Part shown: one piece after another, positions 9,243-17,539 of the stretch
Position numbering within the stretch: the stretch's first letter is position 1
Layout: each line of letters opens with the position of its first letter
From: Aplysia californica
Taxonomy: Eukaryota
Length of the DNA stretch: 64,000 bases
Assembly: GCF_000002075.1 (NCBI RefSeq)
Contig: NW_004798738.1
Location: 1 to 64,000, forward strand
Direction: 5' to 3'
Program-made: the position numbers and the translations under genes
The notes under the pieces: generated by a model
Databases searched by the model: none
The model's input: only the letters and a program-made list of their open reading frames with translations
What the model was told of the DNA's origin: nothing

Positions 9243-9864
9243 GTCAATACTTCCGTGAAGGCTTAAAGTGATTTGAAGCTTACCGGCTGAAGTGTCACTG
9301 GACTAGTTGGTTACCCGATAACTCACATACTCCAGTCGGATGTGATTTGAAGCCTATAAGGTGAAGTGTTGATGGACAAGCCAATCACTAAATTGAGATG
9401 CATCAAGCTTGATATGATTTGAAGCTTATAGGCTGAAGGGTTGATGGACTATTAAGCTATGTTTTTGTACAGGCAAGATGATTATGACTTGAGGCTTATA
9501 GGCTAAAGTGTTGATGAACTTACTCCGTGGCGGCGATTTTTAATTCGAATGCAAAGGTAATTTGAGACTTACAGTTTGAAGTATTAATGGACTAGCGGAT
9601 TTCCGCGAAACGCCTTTTTAACAACTGTCTTTTGAGACTGATTAGCTAAAGTGTGGATGGACTGAGATGCAGCTATATTTATCGTGGGCTAAGGGTTGTG
9701 TTTTAAAGCTTACAGGCTGAAGTGTTGACGGACTTTAGGGAAGCTTCCTGTTTGATTGTGGCTCTGCTATAATCTGAGGCTTACAAGCTGAAGTGTTGAT
9801 GGACTCTTGATTACTCAGTCCGCTAAACAAGAGGACGCTAGTGATTTGAGGCTTATAAGCTGAA

Positions 9865-10266
9865 CAAATCGGCGGCAGTCCCCAGCCCTCTGCAGGGTGG
9901 GGAAGGATAGCCCGTGACCGCAGGGAACAATTCTGCGGTAGAATAAAAGCGAGAGTGACACAAACAAACACCTCGTAATCGTTGGACGACAACCCTCAGA
10001 TCCTTGCGGTCTGTTGCTCTTGTCTAACCCAAAACTGACGGATAATAACGATACTGTCCGGCGCATGACGTCGTTAGCCTTCCTTCCAAAGCGCATTCTG
10101 CTTAATATTTGGGGCCAGGAACTGGCCTCGTTAGACGTGGAGTCGCCAACCTCTACTAGCTGATGTTGCTTGCAACAAGCCAGCAAAGCAAGTTGGGGCG
10201 TGGAAGCGTCGAAAGCCTTAAGCTGAGCAGGACGAAACTTCGTCCTCTTAGGGCGAGGTAGTTCAT
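9865..10266 (+). mobile_element. Non-autonomous IS200/IS605-like insertion splitting repeat 15
   Basis: Repeat halves GTGATTTGAGGCTTATAAGCTGAA and GGGTTGATGGAC flank a 402-bp insert with terminal hairpins ending GGTAGTTCAT; no target duplication. Confidence 0.75.
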
Positions 10267-10414
10267 GGGTTGATGGACGAATAGCTCGTGTGATTTAAAG
10301 CTTGCAGCTTAAAGTGTTGATGGACAATTGTGCTTCAGCTTGAGAAAGATGTTGTTGGACGCTCGAACTTCAATCAAATAAAATATTATTCACATCCTGT
10401 TTGAGTTGACGGGA

Positions 10415-10455
10415 CGAAGGGGCGAATCTGTGGTGGCTCGCCCCTTCGCTCTTTT
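10415..10455 (+). terminator. Intrinsic terminator between the array and the convergent VWA gene
   Basis: CGAAGGGGCGA...TCGCCCCTTCG 11-bp stem followed by CTCTTTT. Confidence 0.65.
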
Positions 10456-10460
10456 GTGCT

Positions 10461-11990
10461 TCAAACAGCAATAAATAATTCAGGCAGCTGATCAAACTGA
10501 CCTGATTCCATAGCCTTGTGGCTGATCGGCCAACACAGGCTTGCTAATGAATCAAGGCTTGATTCGCTTTCATCTCCCAGTGTGATCAGAAATAGATTAA
10601 CTTGGGCGTCAATCAAGAACTGCTCATACTTGCTTTTGAACTTACTACCTACAACACATACGCCATCAGTGATAAAAACAATATCAGCTTTACTATAGGG
10701 CTTGGGGCTAGAGCGAATCAGCTTTCTTGCTTTATTCAGTGGGGCCATAAAGCAAGTGCCATCCCCCCTAGATTCACTGACTAATTGCTGGATCCATTGT
10801 TGATACATGCTAGCTGAGAGTTTTTGGGGATCCAGGGTAATCGGTTGATGAGCCTCTTCGTCAAAAGGAATAATAGCAACTATTCTATTTTCGTCAAAGC
10901 ATAGGCAGGTCAAAGCGACAGTCAACGCCTTGGCCCACTCTTCTTCAATCCCATCACCCATCCTCATGGAGGCTGAAATATCCAAGCAGATAACTAGAGG
11001 TCCTTTACCAATAGGATCCGTGGATTCCAGCTCGTATTCTAAAAGCTGACCTTCCATCAAAGAACGATAGAAGTTGAGCTTGCGAACGGGGTGGCTTAAC
11101 TGAGCTAACTCTTGGGGTAAGACCTGCTGAAGATCATTACCTAAGGTTATCCCCACTAGCTGACCATGGCCTTCTAGAGGCTGCTGCCTGCGCTTCTGCC
11201 AAGCCACTTCTAGAGCGTGACCCGCCATCTTGAGGATTTGACGTAGCTGAGGTTCACTCTGAAGCAAGTTAGCAATCTCTAGCTGTTGGCCAATGGGGAC
11301 AGGGGCAAAATCTTGAGAACCCTTACCACAGCCCAGTAAATTCATAGCTGCTGTTGTTTGCTCTATGGACTGCTCCGCTGCTGCTACCCCTAGTTCAATC
11401 ACTTCCGTGATTTTCCCCGACTGGTCAGCGATCGCCTCTTGTAATTTAGCGGCAGCCTTAACTTGTTCCTTGCCTTGCTTTGAGATTTGATCAAAGGTCT
11501 GTTTGTCGTTTTGCAGTGCGGCCTCATGAGCCGCCTCTCGCAATGGCTGTAGGTCTTCAATTGGGTGGGCTTCAGATTCTGGATCCTTCTTTTTAAGCTG
11601 CTCTAGGGTTGTACCCAATTGCACAACTAATGTTTCCGTGGCCAGGGCTGCGCCTAGGTAGTCTCCATTGCAGCGGTTGACTAGCTTGTGAAAGCTAGGT
11701 TCTCCAGTCAGCTTTTGATGCAGCTCTACTGCCCAACCATGTTCTGGTTTTGGCTCTAGCCACTCGGGTTCAGGGTCGTAATAAAGGCGATGATAGACCT
11801 CTTGGGCAAAATTCTGGATTGTCCGCACAGTGCAATCTCTGAGCCTAATATCCATATAGTGATTATGGCGAATATAGTCTTGCCAGAAAACCCGAGAGAT
11901 TGCACTTGTCCTTAAGGTGATATCGTTAGTTTTTTCAGGCAGGGTAGTAATTGCAGTCGTATCAATTGCGGTTAAATCAACAGGCATCAA
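10461..11990 (-). CDS. VWA (MIDAS) domain protein, ViaA-like
   Basis: GPLVICLDISASM (DxSxS), GDGTCF, ADIVFITDG. Confidence 0.85.
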   Translation of the reverse strand: MMPVDLTAIDTTAITTLPEKTNDITLRTSAISRVFWQDYIRHNHYMDIRLRDCTVRTIQNFAQEVYHRLYYDPEPEWLEPKPEHGWAVELHQKLTGEPSFHKLVNRCNGDYLGAALATETLVVQLGTTLEQLKKKDPESEAHPIEDLQPLREAAHEAALQNDKQTFDQISKQGKEQVKAAAKLQEAIADQSGKITEVIELGVAAAEQSIEQTTAAMNLLGCGKGSQDFAPVPIGQQLEIANLLQSEPQLRQILKMAGHALEVAWQKRRQQPLEGHGQLVGITLGNDLQQVLPQELAQLSHPVRKLNFYRSLMEGQLLEYELESTDPIGKGPLVICLDISASMRMGDGIEEEWAKALTVALTCLCFDENRIVAIIPFDEEAHQPITLDPQKLSASMYQQWIQQLVSESRGDGTCFMAPLNKARKLIRSSPKPYSKADIVFITDGVCVVGSKFKSKYEQFLIDAQVNLFLITLGDESESSLDSLASLCWPISHKAMESGQFDQLPELFIAV

Positions 11991-13231
11991 TACAATTCCT
12001 CCACTAGGTCTTCTAGCTGGTCAATATAGCCAGTCACCTTTTCACTAAATTCAGCTTGCAACTGGGCTCCATTCTGCTCACACTCAATGGAGAACTTATT
12101 GGCCTTGTCGATCAAATTCTGCAAGTGAGTACGAACATTATCTGCAGCTTGCAGGCAGACGTCAGCAGGAATATTTTGATTCTCGCATTTCTGCTTAAAC
12201 TCAGTAAACTCATTGATTGCAGCTAGATGCAGGTTATCAAGTTGAGTCTTGCATAGGGGGGCAGTATCTACCAGAATCTTTTTAATTTCCTCGATTTCCT
12301 CAGGCTGCTTCCGCCAGCAGCATTGGGGCAATAGCTCATGAAGATGTTCGGTATAGACACAAGTACAGTCTTTAACGTAGGCAAAAGCTTTGAGTAGATG
12401 AATGATTTTAAGTCGACGTCGGGTACTGACTCGGATCCCATTCGCCTCTATTCGCATAAAGCTGGCAGTCAATAGCGCAAGCAGCGCTGGATGAACCGTA
12501 ACTTCAGCAGCCGCTATGGACATCTGCTCTAGCTGGGCTAGGGTAATAAATTCTTGATCCACGGGTGGTCGGGTATTGTCGACGGCCCACTTAAGCGAGG
12601 TTTTAATCGACTTAATTTTAGTCAAGTCACTGACATAAGGCCGATAGATAAAACGATCCGTAAAGGCTTCCAGGTCTTCACTGGTATTGATTTCATTAGT
12701 CGCCCCCACTAACGACTTGAGGCAGCTATGGGTTTTATCAGGATTGTCATAGGTACGCTCTTCCATTAACTCCAGGAGGCTATTATTAAGCACGCCATTG
12801 CCCCGAAATACTTCATCGAGAAACGCGATATGGGCATCCTGGATACGTCCAGTGACATTTCGTCTAAGCACGTCTTGCTCTAGGCTCTTCAGGCTAATCG
12901 GCCCTAGCACTTCATCTGGAGCCATGGCTTTATTTAGTAGCCGATGGAAAAACTTCATGTCCGTAAACGCTTCGCAAATCTCACGAATTAACAGGCTTTT
13001 AGCTACCCCTGGGGGGCCATATAGCAAGGCATTCTGTTGGACTAGTAACGTAGCGAGTAAGCCATCAATGATTTTGTCTCGCTCTAGATGGGACTGATTG
13101 AGTTGCTGCCGTAAGTGCTGCAATAAGGCATGGGGAGATTTAGCTGTTTTAGTTTTAGTAGCAGCTTTAGTAGTAGCTTTAGATCTACCGGCTTTAGATG
13201 ATTGAGTTGAACGGGTTTGAGTAGTTGGCAT
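11987..13231 (-). CDS. MoxR-family AAA+ ATPase, RavA-like
   Basis: Walker A GPPGVAKS; Walker B AFLDEVF; LNNSLLELMEER; GATNE; AFTDRF. Confidence 0.88.
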   Translation of the reverse strand: MPTTQTRSTQSSKAGRSKATTKAATKTKTAKSPHALLQHLRQQLNQSHLERDKIIDGLLATLLVQQNALLYGPPGVAKSLLIREICEAFTDMKFFHRLLNKAMAPDEVLGPISLKSLEQDVLRRNVTGRIQDAHIAFLDEVFRGNGVLNNSLLELMEERTYDNPDKTHSCLKSLVGATNEINTSEDLEAFTDRFIYRPYVSDLTKIKSIKTSLKWAVDNTRPPVDQEFITLAQLEQMSIAAAEVTVHPALLALLTASFMRIEANGIRVSTRRRLKIIHLLKAFAYVKDCTCVYTEHLHELLPQCCWRKQPEEIEEIKKILVDTAPLCKTQLDNLHLAAINEFTEFKQKCENQNIPADVCLQAADNVRTHLQNLIDKANKFSIECEQNGAQLQAEFSEKVTGYIDQLEDLVEELY

Positions 13232-13296
13232 AGGTAGAGTTTAAGTAGATAAAAGTGCAAATAAATTAGAGGGAGATTAGGAGAACTCAGGTGAAA

Positions 13297-14718
13297 TTAA
13301 AAACCAGCGATCGGGTCCGCGCCACCCATCGCTTTCACTTCGTCAAGGTGTTTCTCTAAAGCAGTATTTGCTTTTTTAGTGAGCTGTTTAATGTTGTTCA
13401 TTCGTCGCCTTAGGGTTGATTCTATGTTGGCCACTCGCCCTGCCTCAATACGTTGCAATGCTGCGGCATTGGGCGAGGCAATTAGCTGCTCCAGCTCTTG
13501 GGTTAACTTCTTGTAATCAGAGGCAAAGTTTAGAGACTGACTCAGCTTGGCAGCCCCTTCACCCGCTTTGTTTTCACCGACGCTATCCTTGACGGCTTGG
13601 TCAATCACAATGATGAAATTCTCATACATTTGCTGCATTCGGATCGGATCTGGATTCGAGTCAATAAAGCTAAGGAGTTCTTGGGACTCAGTGAGCAGGG
13701 GCTTGAGCTTGGGATTGTACTCCTGTAAGACTTCCAGTCGCTGGAATATCTTGTCGATACTATTGCGATCCTGTTGGGTAATCTTGGGTCCAAGGCTAAA
13801 TCGATCCACGAGGCTGGCGATTAGCTCCCAGCCCTGATCCAAAGACACCTCCACTGACTGATTAACCGCATGCACTAAGCCATTGAGCATCAATTTGTTT
13901 GTGGCAATCTTGGTCTCTAAAGCCTTGGCCTCTTCTTCTTCTTCTAAGGTGAGTCGCTGCTTTTGGGCCAGCTGGTGCTGTAGCTCTGCATCTTCAAGCA
14001 GCTTATCCTTAAGGGAGGTAATCTGCATGGGACCATCCACAATAATTTGCAGTGAATTCGCAAAGTCTTCAATACTGGGATACTCATAAGCGTAAAAGGC
14101 CAAAGCCTTGCGCACCTCCCTGCGATTGCCCGCCATTGTCTGCATAAATTTCTCCTCCAATTCCAGCAAGAACGTGGCGAGGTCTTCCTCATAACTGTCC
14201 ACTAGCTGCTGCCGATAACCAGCGGCCTCTGCCTTGACTGCCTCTGCCGCTTCAATAGCCGCTTGGATCTGGCTGCCTTCAACGAACCGGAACGGTTTGA
14301 CATAGATCGTATAACGATTGAAGAAGTTAGACTGAGCGTTAGAAAGCTTGTTCCGAAAGTTACTGAGGTTGTAAGAGAAGGGCTTGCGATAACCGCCCCT
14401 CAAGGCTTCCACCGCCTCTTCTGTCATCCCTAAGTCCTCTGCCTCAATGCAAATCGACATGGAGATAGTGCTGTGAACCTCCAAGGAAAGCCGATATAAG
14501 TCCTTGTCCGCAAGATGCTCCCAGATATCATGGACCGTTAAATCACTGCTGAAAGGGATTTTGTCCTGGGCCGCTCGGATAGAAGTATTATCGTGAATTT
14601 TACTAGCGACTAAGGAGTCAACCGTACTGTGGGTACTGGTTTTGAAGGGATCAATAAAGACAGGTTGATTGGGAGTTTGATTTTGAACTTGATTTTGAAC
14701 TTGAGTCATAGATTTCAC
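13297..14718 (-). CDS. Helical/coiled-coil protein leading the AAA-VWA operon (possibly DUF3150-like)
   Basis: 473 aa; family inferred from operon context only. Confidence 0.5.
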   Translation of the reverse strand: MKSMTQVQNQVQNQTPNQPVFIDPFKTSTHSTVDSLVASKIHDNTSIRAAQDKIPFSSDLTVHDIWEHLADKDLYRLSLEVHSTISMSICIEAEDLGMTEEAVEALRGGYRKPFSYNLSNFRNKLSNAQSNFFNRYTIYVKPFRFVEGSQIQAAIEAAEAVKAEAAGYRQQLVDSYEEDLATFLLELEEKFMQTMAGNRREVRKALAFYAYEYPSIEDFANSLQIIVDGPMQITSLKDKLLEDAELQHQLAQKQRLTLEEEEEAKALETKIATNKLMLNGLVHAVNQSVEVSLDQGWELIASLVDRFSLGPKITQQDRNSIDKIFQRLEVLQEYNPKLKPLLTESQELLSFIDSNPDPIRMQQMYENFIIVIDQAVKDSVGENKAGEGAAKLSQSLNFASDYKKLTQELEQLIASPNAAALQRIEAGRVANIESTLRRRMNNIKQLTKKANTALEKHLDEVKAMGGADPIAGF

Positions 14719-14927
14719 ACCTACTTACAATAACAATACAACATTAAATCTATAGGGATTTAATAATAAACAGAAGGCGCTAGTAGGCTAAAGCCTTTAA
14801 TGTAAAGTACTTTCTAAAGACTGGCCTCTCCCAGGCATGTTTTCCGCTACGATAGAATAACAGGCTTGAATAACAGGCTCACAAGCCAAGACATCATCAA
14901 GACATCAATAGCTGTAAAGGAGACGCC

Positions 14928-15605
14928 ATGAAAAAGTTCAAGCTACTAAAGCCTTTCCAGACAATGAGTCTAGAGGAGCTGGAGGGCTACGTAGACAAGC
15001 GCTATAACGACCGCATTACAGAGATGGTTTACCAAGGGTATGCGTACAAGATGATTCGGGATCGTCGCTTGTACGAGGATTTGTTTGATGACTTCGCCAC
15101 ATACATTAGGGAGCGTATTGGCTTACTACCTCAACAAGCCCACCGAAAGATTCGGGCTGCAAATGTCCTTTTGATCCTGAATGAGCATTATTCCTATCTG
15201 CCTGAGTCTCAGAACCTCTGCCGTCACCTGATGCGCCTCTCGCCTAAACACATCGTTACCGTGTGGGGCGTCACCCTTGAGCACTGGCACGACCCAGACA
15301 GCCCTTGCAATAAGTTCCCCCCCAAGAATGGCCGTAGACATAAAAACTCCCCAACGCCCCAAATGATCAAAGATGCGATGGCGGAACTGAACGTCACAGT
15401 TATGAACCCTGTACGTAGGGAGGTAGAGGATTTTGAGGAGTACCTCGAAGAAGAAAAGGCATGGAAGAAGAAAGTAGAACAGGCAGAAGAACGTTCTGAG
15501 AAAGAGCTTTTGCAGGAGGCTTTAAGAAAAGAGGCAGTAAAAGAAAGAGCGAGGCAGAGGGCAATGCTCAAACGAGAACAAGCACAAAAATCCCCGGTGG
15601 TTTAA
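14928..15605 (+). CDS. Hypothetical DNA-binding protein
   Basis: GGAG RBS; IRDRRLY...F..Y...AHRKIRAA...LPES pattern typical of mobile-element proteins. Confidence 0.55.
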   Translation: MKKFKLLKPFQTMSLEELEGYVDKRYNDRITEMVYQGYAYKMIRDRRLYEDLFDDFATYIRERIGLLPQQAHRKIRAANVLLILNEHYSYLPESQNLCRHLMRLSPKHIVTVWGVTLEHWHDPDSPCNKFPPKNGRRHKNSPTPQMIKDAMAELNVTVMNPVRREVEDFEEYLEEEKAWKKKVEQAEERSEKELLQEALRKEAVKERARQRAMLKREQAQKSPVV

Positions 15606-15622
15606 GCCACCGGGGCAAAAAT
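15587..15622. terminator. Hairpin terminator
   Basis: CCCCGGTGG-TTTAAG-CCACCGGGG with an A-tract on the left, i.e. a U-tract for minus-strand transcripts. Confidence 0.55.
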
Positions 15623-15922
15623 TGCTCATCCGATCTTCTATGCATTTCCTACTCTTGATTCATTGTTCCCGAGTAGGAAAGGTATTTTCCTGGAATAATA
15701 TCTTTCCGTTAATTCTTTAAATCCAACAAGAGTTCAAGCACTTTAGCCGAAGCGCAGCGAAGGCAAAAACCGAAAGCAGTAACTCTTTTCGGCCAGGATG
15801 CCATCTCCAATTTCCAGCAGTTTATGCTAGCCGCCCAGCGTTTGCCTGTCCATTTTTCCCTGGGATTGCAGTCGCAATAGGTTAGGTACGTCCCAACTTG
15901 AAGGTATTCACCAATCTTTCCA

Positions 15923-16291
15923 TTGACTACTCCCCTGGCTGAAGCCTAGGGGATTCCCCTGCTTCGCTTAGGGATTTCGAGCACTTCTTGCTGAAACTTC
16001 TGTCACTTTCCAACAGGACGCTTAGGGACCGTCAATCGTCCCTCTAGACTGTCCGACCTTGCAGTCATCCAGCTTACTTTTGTTGTCTCGTTGCTGAAAT
16101 TGAATCTCTCGCTGATGGAACAACTTTGCTACCGACAGGTATGTTTGTCCTCACGGGATGTTAAGCCCCAACCAATCAGGTCTTTGAGTCTTGCAACTAC
16201 CTTAATTTTACCACGGCAGATAAATCTGCCCGAGTCGCTTTTCCACCCCGGACTGAAGTCACGGGGCTACCAAGCTACCGAGTGTTCTCCC
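15923..16291 (-). mobile_element. Non-autonomous IS200/IS605-family element
   Basis: Reverse right end TTGACTACTCCCCTGG...GGGGATTCC. Left end shares ACGGCAGATAAATCTGCCCGAG (16213-16234) and terminal CTCCC with the tnpB IS. Confidence 0.72.
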
Positions 16292-16962
16292 GTGTATTTC
16301 CCCCAGCCTTAAGACAACCATTCATCTCTTTCCAACTAAGTTTCTAACGTAATTGCTTGGAGATCTCCAACTATTTTCTTGCAAACTCAAGAGCATCGGT
16401 TCATTCACATGTCCAGGCAAACAGTACCTTGTAGTTTTCGAACAAATATTTTAATGCGGTTATTGTCCAGTTCTTTCAATTCATATTTCAACTCGTCCAA
16501 ATGCTCTAATAACTTATCCACTCTTTCCTGCTTGCTGTACCACTGTCAACTTATCCAGCTTGGGCAAGAAATCTAATTTCATCAAGATATTTTCCAGGGT
16601 ATTTTCTCAGACTTTCCAACATGTACCAATACCTTCATGCCCAATAATCAAAAGTATTCGCCTGCATATATCCAAGTGTCCGGCACCACGAACTTCCAGT
16701 TCAAGAATTTGTCACCTAGTAGTCTTCCTTCTTGTCTTGCTGCCTATCCTACTGCTTGCCCTTGACTTTCTTCCTGTCCTGCTTCAAGTTAATCCAGCTA
16801 GAACTGCCGCTTTTTGTTGTTGTCTATGGCTCGGCCCCATGTCCAAATACTGCCTGTCTTTACCCTGAATTTTTCCTACTTACAAAAAATCAATCTGCAT
16901 GTGTCCGCTTATCGGAAAAACTTTGTAGCGTCCCAAGGAGCATGGAAATAAGATATCTTGCC

Positions 16963-16998
16963 GTCCATTAACAATTCAGCCCGCAAAACTCAAACATC
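16963..16998 (-). repeat. Lone degenerate copy of the CRISPR repeat downstream of the Cas12-like gene
   Basis: GTCCATTAACAATTCAGCCCGCAAAACTCAAACATC matches the reverse complement of the consensus at 26/36 positions. Confidence 0.65.
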
Positions 16999-17344
16999 TC
17001 CCGCTTCTTCATCTCCCGCCTCTTTCAGATCACATACAACATCCAGCCGTCCATCAATAGAACATCCAGCCGTCCATACCTTGATTTTGTGCTGGCATGC
17101 ATGTATCCACTTAAAGTTTCTGCTTGTCCTGCTGTTACCCTAGACATTCTCCCTGTCCTGCTTTACGCTAATCCATCCTAGGGGTGTGCAAAAGCCTTTG
17201 CTTAAAAAATATCCAAGCTTGCCATGCCCAAGTTTTCTCACGTCAATTGACTCATCAATTGTTCAGCAAGGTATTTGCCATGTCCAGGGGTGCGCGAAAG
17301 CCTTTGCCTAGCTCTTTAATTGCCAAGGTACGTGGAACATAAGC

Positions 17345-17519
17345 CAGGGAATCGTTATTACTTTTCCCCTGCATGATAGACATTACTGGCTATCTTCCCG
17401 TGTCCCCGAAGGGTTTTGGGCTAATACGCCTGACTGTGGACCGCCAGACGGAGACATAGTCTCAAAGGTTTTATCTGAAAAATATTGGAACGCTAATGCC
17501 AGAACGCTGTGTTTGGCTA
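17345..17519 (-). ncRNA. Putative tracrRNA/scaffold RNA, copy A (20 nt after the effector stop codon)
   Basis: Homologous to 7998-8172; contains a CCC-UUCG-GGG hairpin and covarying stems. Confidence 0.75.
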
Positions 17520-17539
17520 ACTGAATGGTATCACAATTT

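Larger units (their letters stand above)
8353..10325 (+). CRISPR. CRISPR array, 16 degenerate 36-nt repeats (consensus GTGATTTGAGGCTTATAGGCTGAAGTGTTGATGGAC)
   Basis: Repeats start at 8353, 8427, 8499, 8588, 8659, 8731, 9268, 9342, 9414, 9484, 9557, 9627, 9698, 9769, 9841 (split) and 10290. Spacers mostly 34-38 nt. Only the first three repeats are identical. A terminator follows on the plus strand. Confidence 0.93.

Noticed and set aside
9735-10186. ORFs inside the array
   Set aside because: Chance frames across repeats and a mini-element.
8389-10289. Self-targeting spacers
   Set aside because: No match to this window was found by eye; a computed search is needed to exclude partial matches.
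16379-17143. Short plus-strand ORFs in the skewed tract
   Set aside because: Low-complexity translations with non-ATG starts and no RBS.
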